Below are positions 46,511-55,942 of a DNA stretch of 64,000 nt, in pieces. Position 1 is the stretch's first letter; each line of letters begins with the position of its first letter. The DNA comes from a virus, in IMG/VR virus record IMGVR_UViG_3300034682_000252, positions 1 to 64,000 of that record. One strand, written 5' to 3'. Under the pieces are notes generated by a model, which was not told the origin of the DNA, ran no database searches, and saw nothing but the letters and a program-made list of their open reading frames with translations. The position numbers and the translations under genes are program-made.

Positions 46511-47596
46511 TCAAAGGGAGGGTGCATTCTGGGGGACGTAAGCACTCCCGGACTGCCCAAGCTCGTTGCTGCCCGTGCAGGCGTGACGATGGTCATTGGC
46601 TCGCGGGCATCGCTTGTTCCCGCAGTCAGGGCACACCACAAAGCGCATGTCCTCCACGGTCACCGGCCGGCAGGCCTGGCACCAGCAAGAAACAGCCGAG
46701 GGCCCCAAGGCCTTCTCTATGCGGTCGATGATGTGGAAATTCCGAACGAACCCTAGACCAGTTCGCAGCGGGCGCAGAGCCTCGCGCAGCAGGTCAGCCA
46801 TATGGTCTTGGCTGGGCGGCAACTGGCAAGCGGCTCTTGACGGTTCGGGCAATCTGCCAGCCAGGGAGCTGGTGATGCGGGCCTCCAGCTCAATGGTGTC
46901 AGCGCCACCAAATGAGAATCGGCTTATCCATTCACCAGCTTCCCGCAGCAGGTCGGCCAGTTCGCCGGCCTGGCGGGTGGCCTCGGCAAGCTGCTGGTGG
47001 TGATTGGCAAGCATCTGCAGACGGGACAATAAGGGGTGTTGCTCGGGCACCTCGCCGGCCGTGATGGCCTTGTCGATGGCAAGGCCGGTTCGGTTGCGCT
47101 CCTCCAGCAGCTCCTGGACCCTGGCTTGCAGGCCTGCAAAGTGGTGGCGGCCGGCCTCCCGCAGCAGCCGCAGCGCCTGGCTGGCGACATAGCCAAACTG
47201 TTCGGCCCGCATTTCTTCCTGGAAGTCGTCCGGGTCAGGGTGACCGGTAACGTGACCTATCTCATGAGCCAGGAAGTGGGCCACCAGCTCGGGATCTGCA
47301 TCAGGCGCCATCCAGGCGTGAATCACGTTCTGCTCAGTGTCCACCCACCCCCAGCAGCCCATGGCCCGCATCCCCTCGAGCACCTGCTCTTGGGTGACGC
47401 TGACCTCCTGCCCGTTCTCGTCCAGGGCGCCGACCTCAGTCCCCTGCAACAGCTCATCGACCGGGACCCCATACTCAGCGGCTGCCTCACTCCACAAGGA
47501 GCGGTGAACCTCCTCCGGGGAGTCATACCAGGTAATGGTCAGTTCTGGCGGGCGGGGCCAGGGCTCAATGCCTGGCGCCTTCTCATTGTTCGTCAA
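46511..47596 (-). CDS. Mosaic protein: HExxH domain, coiled coil, Zn finger
   Basis: LAHEIGH; CWCQAC...CPDCGNKRC. Confidence 0.7.
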   Translation of the reverse strand: MTNNEKAPGIEPWPRPPELTITWYDSPEEVHRSLWSEAAAEYGVPVDELLQGTEVGALDENGQEVSVTQEQVLEGMRAMGCWGWVDTEQNVIHAWMAPDADPELVAHFLAHEIGHVTGHPDPDDFQEEMRAEQFGYVASQALRLLREAGRHHFAGLQARVQELLEERNRTGLAIDKAITAGEVPEQHPLLSRLQMLANHHQQLAEATRQAGELADLLREAGEWISRFSFGGADTIELEARITSSLAGRLPEPSRAACQLPPSQDHMADLLREALRPLRTGLGFVRNFHIIDRIEKALGPSAVSCWCQACRPVTVEDMRFVVCPDCGNKRCPRANDHRHACTGSNELGQSGSAYVPQNAPSL

Positions 47597-47714
47597 TTCA
47601 GTTCACTCCCGTTGTTGTCATGCTCATGGTTTCTTTGGGGGCGTCGCCGGCTGCTTGCTGGAGGCCTGCCGGCAAGGCGAATACCCTCCACCAGCCCGGA
47701 CCCGGCAACAGCTC

Positions 47715-48452
47715 TCACAATTGCACTTTGCTCTCACTGCTTTCCCCCTCCACGCAGCAAAACGCCCGCAGAGAGTGCAGATCCAGCAGCGTGAAATAGC
47801 CGCCCGCCTTGTGGTTCCATCCCGCCGTGTCTATGTGGATCACGTTGCCCAGGGCAGTAGGCTCATTCATGGGGGTATGCCCCACCACCAGGGCCCGAAC
47901 ATGCCCAACGCCAGTCGTGTCCAGCTCCTGGCAACGCCGGCGCGACCACATGCAGGAATTGCGCAGGGCTCGCAACGCCCCACCTTGCATGTTCTCCAAG
48001 CCATGCAGCAGAGCCGGCCAGTTGCGACCAGGGCAATCGGCATGGACTATGCCCACCGGACCAGATGGGGTGGCCACCTCGATCGCAATGGGGAGCTGAC
48101 GGAACCAGGCCGCAAACTCCCCCTTCTCGTAATCCGTCAGCCCCTGGAACCAGAGCCCGCCATTCTCCAGCCAGTTACCCACCATGCAGGAGTCAAAGCG
48201 GCAAACGTAGTCATCGTGGTTACCGCGAACGGGATGGAACCAGGGCTTATTCAGCCACTGCAAAACCTGCTCGCACTCCGGGCCACGGTCCACCAGGTCG
48301 CCGACGGAAAAGAGACGGTCAACCGCGGGATCAAAACCGATCTCGTCCAGCGCGGCTTGCAGCCGGCTAAAGTGCCCGTGAATGTCCCCGACACAGAAAT
48401 CTCGACCCGCCGCATTGAGGGGGAAGCGCTTTACCAATGGTGCCTCTTTCAT
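47715..48452 (-). CDS. Ser/Thr protein phosphatase (NinI/PphA/P1 Ppp family)
   Basis: GDIHG, GDLVDRG, RGNHD, HAD, GHT. Confidence 0.92.
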   Translation of the reverse strand: MKEAPLVKRFPLNAAGRDFCVGDIHGHFSRLQAALDEIGFDPAVDRLFSVGDLVDRGPECEQVLQWLNKPWFHPVRGNHDDYVCRFDSCMVGNWLENGGLWFQGLTDYEKGEFAAWFRQLPIAIEVATPSGPVGIVHADCPGRNWPALLHGLENMQGGALRALRNSCMWSRRRCQELDTTGVGHVRALVVGHTPMNEPTALGNVIHIDTAGWNHKAGGYFTLLDLHSLRAFCCVEGESSESKVQL

Positions 48453-48459
48453 GCCCACC

Positions 48460-48792
48460 TCATCGTTCGTCCGAGTGACGGGCCTTGCCCGACTTGTGCG
48501 AACCCAGCTCCGATATGCCGATCCCGGACAGGCCCACCAGCTCCTGGCCGGTCTTGGTGTCGGTGATGATGTAGATACCGCGGCGCCCGTCGTATGCCAG
48601 GTCATCCTTGAACAGGCCCACCCGCTCCACCTTGAATCGGTTGCTGGGAAAAGCCCCATCCCGGGGCGGCGTGACCACCTGCTCATACATCGGCATAGTC
48701 GCCTCGGGCTTGCACCCTGGCAGCACCAGGGCGGCCAGGAAAATAAAGACCTTGAGACTGCCCGGACGCCCGGGCTTGTTCTGCTTAACCAT
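48460..48792 (-). CDS. Putative lipoprotein
   Basis: Signal peptide with lipobox LPGC. Confidence 0.65.
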   Translation of the reverse strand: MVKQNKPGRPGSLKVFIFLAALVLPGCKPEATMPMYEQVVTPPRDGAFPSNRFKVERVGLFKDDLAYDGRRGIYIITDTKTGQELVGLSGIGISELGSHKSGKARHSDER

Positions 48793-48806
48793 TCCATCCA
48801 TCCCCA

Positions 48807-49109
48807 TCAGTTGTACCCGTTGAATGCCCTGCTGACCTCTCGGTCGTTCGCAATGTCGGTCATCTTCCCGCAGTGCTGACACTTGCACTTGGTCTTGGCC
48901 CTGGTCTCGGCCACCAGCCGCTCGAGCTGGGCCAGATACCGGACGATTCGGGACTCCTTGCGGGTGAACTGCTCCAGCACCCACATAGGGTTCAGGTGCT
49001 CGCCGCAGATGCCGCACTCCACATAGCCCTTCGTCTCGTCGTAAATGAACTTGTTGTGCTGGCAGTTGCCGGCGAACCGGTCGGCCTGCTGAATGACTCG
49101 CTCTGTCAC
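48807..49109 (-). CDS. Zn-binding phage protein
   Basis: CQH, CGIC, CQHC. Confidence 0.7.
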   Translation of the reverse strand: MTERVIQQADRFAGNCQHNKFIYDETKGYVECGICGEHLNPMWVLEQFTRKESRIVRYLAQLERLVAETRAKTKCKCQHCGKMTDIANDREVSRAFNGYN

Positions 49110-49339
49110 AGGATCCGGTCCCCCAGCAGGCTGTAGAGCTCCCGGGCCGCATCGTTGATTGCCTGCTGGCTGTTGCCACCCAGGGCGTAATACAGGCGGT
49201 CAAGAAGGATCTCCATATCCCCCTTCTCCATCGAGGGAAGAACCACTCTCCCGCGGCGCTCAACCTCTGCAACCAGGTCGCTTTCATCAAAATCCGTCAG
49301 GGAAACCTCTACCTCTACCGCTACCGTCACACTCGGCAT
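49106..49339 (-). CDS. Hypothetical phage protein
   Basis: FDESDLVAEVERRG. Confidence 0.65.
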   Translation of the reverse strand: MPSVTVAVEVEVSLTDFDESDLVAEVERRGRVVLPSMEKGDMEILLDRLYYALGGNSQQAINDAARELYSLLGDRIL

Positions 49340-49659
49340 TGCAGCCCATCCTCGTCTTGAACGATCTGCTGCACCGCCATCAGTTGGGCGGCCTGCAGAT
49401 ACTCCTTGGCCGACACCTCCAGCAGCACCGGCACGAAACCAGGGCAGACCGCCCACGATTTGGATAGCCCATCCATTCTCATGGCATGGGGAAAGCGAGC
49501 GCGAAAGTCGCTGAATATCGAGGACGCAGAGATCGGGGAGTTGTACCCAAAGGCCCGCATCAGATGGCAGCGGCGCACCTCCCCGTAGTGCACCAACATG
49601 GCCTCAATGAAACGCAGTTGCGGCAACCGCTTACCCCCTTCCGGGATCGCGCCAATCAT
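49327..49659 (-). CDS. Stand-alone BrxR/CapW-type wHTH protein
   Basis: LRFIEAMLVHYGEVRRCHLMRAFG...ASSIFSDF...FVP; no WYL domain. Confidence 0.65.
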   Translation of the reverse strand: MIGAIPEGGKRLPQLRFIEAMLVHYGEVRRCHLMRAFGYNSPISASSIFSDFRARFPHAMRMDGLSKSWAVCPGFVPVLLEVSAKEYLQAAQLMAVQQIVQDEDGLQCRV

Positions 49660-49886
49660 CCACGCCTCCCTGTCCAGGCCATGAATACGCCCCGGTTCTG
49701 GTCCCGCATCTTCGACGACGGCAGCAGGGGCAGCAGGGCAATCAGGGTCTTGAGCTGGGGGTTGGCCAACTCGCTCTCGATAGTCACCTTGGCGCCCGGG
49801 TTGCGCTGGATGTAGCGCTCTTTCAGCTCGGCTGCCTCAGCCCTGGTCAGGCCGCGCTGAATAATGGGTTCTCTGTAGCGCATCAC
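49656..49886 (-). CDS. Hypothetical protein
   Basis: Coupled ORF. Confidence 0.6.
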   Translation of the reverse strand: MMRYREPIIQRGLTRAEAAELKERYIQRNPGAKVTIESELANPQLKTLIALLPLLPSSKMRDQNRGVFMAWTGRRG

Positions 49887-50266
49887 TTGTTCCCCTCACC
49901 GCTCAGAGCCGACAAGAGATCGGTCGCGGCATCCATCACGCTCTGCTCGCCGAGGTGATCGGCAATAATCCGCCCCGGCACCTCCTGGAATTTGCGCTCC
50001 CAAGAGATCCCGACCCCCAACCAGGAGGCGCGGCGCTGGTACTTGCAGAATTTGGGGCGCCAGGAAAAGCCGCTCGGGCGAATGCTCGCAGTTACCGACC
50101 AGCCATCCGGCTTGTTCTGCATTTCCACCAGCACCGCCCCGTACATGTAGGAACCAGGTTTCAGGTGCCAAGCCTTGTCCTCCTCGTAGGCTCGCCGCGT
50201 CACCAGCACATCCGGGGTCATGAAAAAGGCCGTGAGATCACGGTCCATAATGGCTAACTGGCTCAT
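49883..50266 (-). CDS. Hypothetical protein
   Basis: GGAGG RBS. Confidence 0.65.
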   Translation of the reverse strand: MSQLAIMDRDLTAFFMTPDVLVTRRAYEEDKAWHLKPGSYMYGAVLVEMQNKPDGWSVTASIRPSGFSWRPKFCKYQRRASWLGVGISWERKFQEVPGRIIADHLGEQSVMDAATDLLSALSGEGNK

Positions 50267-50345
50267 GCTGCCTCCTGGGCAATGGTCAAGGTTATTTCGT
50301 ATTTCACAGCGAAGTTAGGATGTATTGGATATGCAGCAGTGACGC

Positions 50346-50729
50346 TCACGCAGCAACCCCCAGGAGGGACTTGTACCCCTGCTTTGCAGCGGCCAGCAGC
50401 ACAGCCTGGCGCAAGGCCGATACAGGGTCAGAGGAGGTGAAAGAGGCCTCATGCCCGCCACTCACAATCGCCGCCTTGGCGGTACGCCCCTCGATCGACA
50501 CAGACATTCCAAGCTGGGCCATCAGCAGCAGGTTGTCGTTGCTGCATGTCAGCGGGCGCCAAAGCCGATAACTGTCCCGGCTACCAACGCGCAAACAGTT
50601 GCGCTGACTCTCGTAACACAGCACCGGACCCACGTTGGCGGCCTGGGCGGCCAGTCTCAACAACTCAGGGACAGGCATGAGCTCAACACACTTCGTTTTA
50701 TCCATCACTTCCACCACTTGCTTGTTCAT
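50346..50729 (-). CDS. Hypothetical phage protein
   Basis: LRLAAQAA...WRPL...LRQAVLLAAA. Confidence 0.65.
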   Translation of the reverse strand: MNKQVVEVMDKTKCVELMPVPELLRLAAQAANVGPVLCYESQRNCLRVGSRDSYRLWRPLTCSNDNLLLMAQLGMSVSIEGRTAKAAIVSGGHEASFTSSDPVSALRQAVLLAAAKQGYKSLLGVAA

Positions 50730-51088
50730 GCCTCCCCCCGGATGGCCGCGCCAGACGGACGGGTGATCAGTTGCCGCCATAGCTGCTTTTCGGTGTCCCC
50801 CATCCCTCGCTCCACAGTCCGCTTTTTGATAATGCCTTTCACATGAACCGACGTTACCCTTGCCCCCTTACCCTCCCGGTAGTGGCGATCGACGCTGTAA
50901 CGGTTGTTCTCGTGCAGCTTGTTGAGGAGAGAGGAGATCGTCTGAATGGTCGTCTCGGCCCCGAACTTGAAGCAGAAACCCGCCTCGAACACCTCCCGGG
51001 CCGTCATAGATTTACCCTGCTCCAGCAGCCAGGCCGCGAGCTGGTCCGTCTTTGTCGGGCTGTCGTGGTAACGATCCTCCGCCATCAC
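50726..51088 (-). CDS. wHTH regulator, CaiF/GrlA- or Lpa-like
   Basis: LAAWLLEQGKSMTAREV...LWRQLI. Confidence 0.55.
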   Translation of the reverse strand: MMAEDRYHDSPTKTDQLAAWLLEQGKSMTAREVFEAGFCFKFGAETTIQTISSLLNKLHENNRYSVDRHYREGKGARVTSVHVKGIIKKRTVERGMGDTEKQLWRQLITRPSGAAIRGEA

Positions 51089-51414
51089 TGCCCCCCTCTC
51101 ATTTTCGCCAGGCTCTTGGTGTAGAACGTGCCGGTAAACTCCACCCAGTCATTGATCTGACTGACCCTCATCGAATAGTCGATCCCGCCGTGGCGGTTCT
51201 TACCCTTGTTCGCCAGCAAGGAGCCTTGGAACGCGGTCAGTTCGCGAAAGCGCTTGGGAACTGGAGAGAAGCGAAGGTGATATTCCGTGCGGTCGCGGTG
51301 AACAATCAGTTTCTCCTTGACGCGCTCACTACCAGCCAAGATCTCCTTGGCGGCCTGGTAGGTGTCTATGTGAGGGTTGATATAGGGCATGGTAACTACC
51401 TTGTTTGAGGCCAA
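51085..51414 (-). CDS. Hypothetical protein
   Basis: Coupled ORF. Confidence 0.6.
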   Translation of the reverse strand: MASNKVVTMPYINPHIDTYQAAKEILAGSERVKEKLIVHRDRTEYHLRFSPVPKRFRELTAFQGSLLANKGKNRHGGIDYSMRVSQINDWVEFTGTFYTKSLAKMRGGQ

Positions 51415-51446
51415 ATCAGAGGCGGCCTAGATGGCTGGCGCGGAGC

Positions 51447-51710
51447 TCAGCCTTTGCAAAAGCGATAAACAATTTCCGGCCAGAACATGGCTTCACGGAA
51501 CACCCAATACATCAGGCGCCAGGCGCTGGGCGGGCCGGGGTAAACGGGGCGGAGCCCCATCATCATGGCAAATCCGAACTGGTGCCAAACCAGGACCCAG
51601 GCAAAGGGATCTGTCGGCAGTAGCACCAGGGCATACAGCTCCAGGAGCAGCACCACCACCATGGGCGCCGGCACCTGGCGATAGAGCACGTTGAGCAGCT
51701 TGCGGATCAC
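51447..51710 (-). CDS. Small membrane protein
   Basis: Hydrophobic segments. Confidence 0.6.
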   Translation of the reverse strand: MIRKLLNVLYRQVPAPMVVVLLLELYALVLLPTDPFAWVLVWHQFGFAMMMGLRPVYPGPPSAWRLMYWVFREAMFWPEIVYRFCKG

Positions 51711-52108
51711 TAGAATGTCGCCCTGTTCGTGAACTTCGCCAGCATGGCCCGCGCCTGGCGGCGAACCCTCATCAAGGGGCTCCCCAGGTCATCGAGCTCG
51801 CCCAGGAAATCCATGGGGGTGCTCGACAAAGCCTCACTCATGCGATTGGCATACGCCTCATTCTGATACACGGCGCTATTCGCCCTCATGGGGGCCCGAC
51901 ACTCGAGCTCGGCAGTGGCGAGGGTCTGCATCGCCTGCTGATCGCGAACCAGCAGGGCTGATAGGGCACACACAGCATGACGCAGCTCGTCAATCTCCAT
52001 GGGGTGCCCAGCCCAACAGGCCTCGACAACATCCCCCAGCGATTTCTGGGCGGCGACCATGTTGAGCTGGTGCTCTGCATGGTCAGCCAAGAGAGCCTTA
52101 TCACTCAT
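51710..52108 (-). CDS. Hypothetical protein, paralog of 43255-43623
   Basis: LGDVV...DELRHAVCAL...SAVYQ...TPMDFLGE. Confidence 0.7.
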   Translation of the reverse strand: MSDKALLADHAEHQLNMVAAQKSLGDVVEACWAGHPMEIDELRHAVCALSALLVRDQQAMQTLATAELECRAPMRANSAVYQNEAYANRMSEALSSTPMDFLGELDDLGSPLMRVRRQARAMLAKFTNRATF

Positions 52109-52394
52109 TGCTCGCATCCCCGACTGGCAGAAACTCGCCATTACCGAGCACGTCGCCCACCCAGGCCATGACCGCGGGGGGCAACCCTTGGGCCACCACT
52201 GCCTCCTGCACGAGGAATTGCCCCTGACGCTCAGGATCTGGCTTGATCAGGCCCGCGTCCAGCATGATGGAAAAGAGACGCAGATTGCGGCTATTGCCCC
52301 AGCCAAACAGGCGATGAATGTTGACTACGGTTATCTTCTGGCGACTCTGCAGCAGCTCCAGCAAGGCGCGGCATTTGGCGTTTTCCATATCCAT
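52101..52394 (-). CDS. Small wHTH-like protein
   Basis: IHRLFGWG...MLDAGLI. Confidence 0.55.
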   Translation of the reverse strand: MDMENAKCRALLELLQSRQKITVVNIHRLFGWGNSRNLRLFSIMLDAGLIKPDPERQGQFLVQEAVVAQGLPPAVMAWVGDVLGNGEFLPVGDASNE

Positions 52395-52684
52395 CAGTTC
52401 GGTTCCTTGGGCTGTTCAGCCTTGTTGATTCGATAGTCCACCCCGAGCCGATCAGCATACTGACGGGACAGGGCCATCAGCAGTTCACAGATGCTCCCGA
52501 AATTTCCCCGGGCTTTCAGCTCATCCAGCATGGCCCGCTCAGTCGTCGATATGCGCATACCTCGCAACTCCTGGATCCCTAGCAGGCGCTCCCGCTCACG
52601 GCGATCGCGCTGATAGTCGGCCTCCTGCTTCCGGTTGCGGTGGCGCGGGCGCCCCGTCCGAATTAGCTCAATCACCATAAACAC
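52394..52684 (-). CDS. Basic protein, possibly RHH-type
   Basis: Arg-rich N-terminus; ERAMLDELKARGNFGSICEL. Confidence 0.55.
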   Translation of the reverse strand: MFMVIELIRTGRPRHRNRKQEADYQRDRRERERLLGIQELRGMRISTTERAMLDELKARGNFGSICELLMALSRQYADRLGVDYRINKAEQPKEPN

Positions 52685-52742
52685 ACCACAAATTAAGGTT
52701 AGGATGTTGGACTCAAAAGGACGCCAGCAAGGCGCCCGGTTA

Positions 52743-53336
52743 TCAGGGTTGGACGGGCAGATTGTTTGTCAGCGCGTTGCGGGTAATCACCTCACGCCAC
52801 TCGGCCATACTAAAATCGTTCAACCTGGCGATCGGCTTGCCATCGGGGTCAGTCAGCGGGATCCGCTCTTTGACCCTGCTTCCCCCTTTCGCGATTGAGA
52901 TCTCCCACCATTTACGGGTGTTGTTGAACTCCAGGCTCGCCCCAAACTCGGCCGCAATCTCATCCAGGTTCTGCCGGAATATGCGCGGGCCCATCTCCGC
53001 ATCCCAGTTCTTGGGGTGGCCGTCAGATGCCATGTCGTCCAGATTCAGGGCCTTTCCGCGCTCACTTAACACATACAGCCGCCCCCATTGCAGGGGGGCC
53101 GGACTTAACGCCAGGTAACCCCCATCAGCCAAGCCAGAGGCCGCCGCACCGTTCAGCGCGGGTACCCCCGGGCACTCAACAGGCTGGCCATCAACAAGAT
53201 GCACAACCCTGGTGCCGGTAAGCAAATCCTGGCGACGATACATTGGTACGGCGGAGACAGGTCGAACCATCAGTAAACTCGCCGGGTGGCGCTGTAGGTA
53301 CTGGATTATCTCGGCCCGTCTCTCTGTCATTCTCAC
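52743..53336 (-). CDS. Hypothetical protein
   Basis: Coupled ORF. Confidence 0.65.
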   Translation of the reverse strand: MRMTERRAEIIQYLQRHPASLLMVRPVSAVPMYRRQDLLTGTRVVHLVDGQPVECPGVPALNGAAASGLADGGYLALSPAPLQWGRLYVLSERGKALNLDDMASDGHPKNWDAEMGPRIFRQNLDEIAAEFGASLEFNNTRKWWEISIAKGGSRVKERIPLTDPDGKPIARLNDFSMAEWREVITRNALTNNLPVQP

Positions 53337-53992
53337 GTTTCAATCTCCTTCTCTTCCCATGTGGCATTTCTCGACCAGGGCGGCATGGCCTCCCCGGCGC
53401 CAAGGCGACGGTACAGCATTAGCACCTCAAAGGCTTCCTCAACTCCAGCCACCAGGGCGCAGTAGTAGCCACGTTCAGACAATAGGCGCAACTTGATGAC
53501 TTGAACGTCACTGACCTTGCCCCCCTCTTTGGCCTTCAACTCCAGGCGGCAACCGTGGTAGATGCCACAGGGCAAATCCACGAGCACATCCGGGTATCCG
53601 TCCTTCTGTCCGCTGGCTTTCATCATCCCGGCCGTTTTGCCTGGACGGTAACCACCGTTTGGAACTGCACTCATCAGCGCGTAGAGCTCGGGGTCTATCA
53701 CCTCCACGCGGGCGAACAGCTCCACCTGTTCGTAATACTCTTGGTTGCCCTTTCGCTGGCTCGGGTCCTTCGCCAGGATGGCCAGGGCCACAGCATGGGG
53801 GGAGACGTAGCCAGGATCCCCCAGCTTCGCCCCAGGGATGGATTTCTTCCCCTTCTTCCCCTTGCTCGGTACCGAACCTGGCGGGTTCGGCATGGTGAAG
53901 CTCTTGCCCGAGCCAGCACGAAACCCCTTGCTCGCCCACCCCTGGCGTTTCGCCACCTGCTCGCTCAGGAAACCCTCGTCGAACCGGGCCAT
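53333..53992 (-). CDS. VRR-NUC nuclease
   Basis: AVPNGG, GYPDV, LELKA...SDVQ. Confidence 0.85.
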   Translation of the reverse strand: MARFDEGFLSEQVAKRQGWASKGFRAGSGKSFTMPNPPGSVPSKGKKGKKSIPGAKLGDPGYVSPHAVALAILAKDPSQRKGNQEYYEQVELFARVEVIDPELYALMSAVPNGGYRPGKTAGMMKASGQKDGYPDVLVDLPCGIYHGCRLELKAKEGGKVSDVQVIKLRLLSERGYYCALVAGVEEAFEVLMLYRRLGAGEAMPPWSRNATWEEKEIET

Positions 53993-53994
53993 GG

Positions 53995-55518
53995 TTAGTG
54001 TCCCTTCTGGGTTGCCTGGCGGGCAGCCTTGGCGGCCTTCTTCGACAGCAGGCGCAGGGCCTTTTCACTGTCTCGTTTCAGGGCAGCCTGGCTGTTCTTG
54101 ATAGCCTGGCGGCGGGCCTGCAGGCGCTTAATGTCGGCTACCGCAGTTCGCAGCAGCGGCTCGACGCGGTAGGCCTCATCATTGGCATGATCGGACGCCT
54201 TTTGCAGCACCGCCTCGATGGCGGGCAGGTCGAGGGACTTGATGTAGTCGGCGATCTCGTCGCGCAAGGCCAGCGGGGGCGCCACCGCGTCCGTGATATT
54301 GATCCGCTTGCCATCGTGTTCCATGTGCAGGGCGGGAGTTATCAGTACCTGCCGGCCGCGCTCATCCCGCCTTTCTGACAGCGCGACCATGCAGCCGGCG
54401 CCGTCCCGGCCGGTCCACCACATCAACGGCTTGGTGAGATCGATAGGGTCATCCCCGGCATCCATCAGGCATTCCGTGCTCAGGCTGAACACCGTCACAT
54501 GCCCTTCGGGGCGCGAGTAGTCAGGAAGGTTGTTGCGGCCGTGGTAGGTGTGGATCAGCATGTTGGCGTAATGCAGACTCCGCTTTTGGTCCTTGATCAG
54601 TAGCGCCTGCTCTTTGATGGTGACGGCGTACAGCTCCAGCTCCAGGGCGGCATGGTCCAGGTCGCGCCCACCCTGCTCGATGGCGTCGGACTGCTCGACC
54701 ACCTGGGCGTTAAGGGCGGTCAGTTCGGCGGAGATCTGCCGGTTGTGCTCGCGCAGGCCATTTATCTCGACCCCCTGACTCCGCAAGCTGGCCAACTCCT
54801 CCAGGCTGATCATCACCATGCCTTCCGGCACGGCAGCCGGCGAACCGGCCAGTTGATCCCGCACCCGCTGCTCAGCAGCAGCCACTGCATTGACCTTGGC
54901 CTTGTCAGCCAGGGCCAGGCTTTCATGCGCACGGCGCAAGTCGTTGCGTAGCTGCTCCTCGGACACCTCCAGGGCACCCAAACTCTTCTGGGCAATCGTC
55001 AGGTCGAGCTGGACCCGATGAAGCTCTTTTTTCAGCTCCTCGAGGCTATCGCAGGTGTGGCGATGGCGGGCCGTCAGATCGGCCAATTGCACACCACGCT
55101 CCGCCGACTTGGCCGCCACCTCTTCGGCAGCAGCAAGGCGGCCTTCCAGGGAGCGGCATTTGTCTTGTTCGGCCACCAGCAGCCCGCCCAGGTGCTCCAG
55201 GGTAAGGGCGTCCGCCTCAGACTCCCCATGGGCCAGTATCCTGGCTTCAAGTTCGGCCTTGGTGCGCTCCAGGCCCGATATGCGGGCCCGAGCTGCCACC
55301 ATGTCACCGTTGAGCTGGATAGATCGCTCCCTCGCCCGCTCGGCTGCAGCCTCCGCCATATCGGCGCGAGCATTGGCCGCGGCCACATCACCCCGAAGGG
55401 AGATCATCATGGCCTCGGCCAGGCGGTCAGAATCCGCGTCTAGCTGCCCGTCGCTGCCCTCGCGAAAGATGGAAAGGGGGACGGAAACCATTTCTTCCGT
55501 TACTGCTTCTTGACTCAT
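53995..55518 (-). CDS. Long coiled-coil protein
   Basis: About 300 aa of heptads plus a globular C-terminal region. Confidence 0.8.
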   Translation of the reverse strand: MSQEAVTEEMVSVPLSIFREGSDGQLDADSDRLAEAMMISLRGDVAAANARADMAEAAAERARERSIQLNGDMVAARARISGLERTKAELEARILAHGESEADALTLEHLGGLLVAEQDKCRSLEGRLAAAEEVAAKSAERGVQLADLTARHRHTCDSLEELKKELHRVQLDLTIAQKSLGALEVSEEQLRNDLRRAHESLALADKAKVNAVAAAEQRVRDQLAGSPAAVPEGMVMISLEELASLRSQGVEINGLREHNRQISAELTALNAQVVEQSDAIEQGGRDLDHAALELELYAVTIKEQALLIKDQKRSLHYANMLIHTYHGRNNLPDYSRPEGHVTVFSLSTECLMDAGDDPIDLTKPLMWWTGRDGAGCMVALSERRDERGRQVLITPALHMEHDGKRINITDAVAPPLALRDEIADYIKSLDLPAIEAVLQKASDHANDEAYRVEPLLRTAVADIKRLQARRQAIKNSQAALKRDSEKALRLLSKKAAKAARQATQKGH

Positions 55519-55720
55519 GGGGGTTCCAAAACACATTTAAGGCGGTTTCAATTAACGCTTAGGATGTTACCAAAACCGACGCGCCAAAAAAACTATTTAG
55601 TTAGCCAATCGGCAACTAATAGCAAAAAAAGAGGGGTCACAGTGGGGAGGACCAGCCAGCCTACAACCAGGCGACGCTGGCCCCGGGGGAGCTCAGGGCA
55701 ATCCTCATCGCCCCAGTCGC

Positions 55721-55942
55721 TCACGAACGCCTCCGCAACCGATTCAGCCCAGCCTTGAACATCCCCAACAGCCCGCCGCCATGGCGGGCATCGACACCCT
55801 CCAGACCCTCCGACAAGGCCGCCGCCAGGCGCTCATGCCTTGCTTGCTCGGCCTCGCGCTCCGCCTGGTCAGCCGCCTCGGTCGCCTGCTTCATCAGGGC
55901 CCACTGCACGGCGCTAGACACCGCTGTCTGTCTATGTCTCAT
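55721..55942 (-). CDS. Hypothetical protein
   Basis: ATGA-coupled. Confidence 0.5.
   Translation of the reverse strand: MRHRQTAVSSAVQWALMKQATEAADQAEREAEQARHERLAAALSEGLEGVDARHGGGLLGMFKAGLNRLRRRS

Noticed and set aside
24677-50323. ACATCCTAAC as a protein-level His-Pro-Asn motif
   Set aside because: Most copies are non-coding; the HPN reading is a by-product where the site overlaps ORFs.
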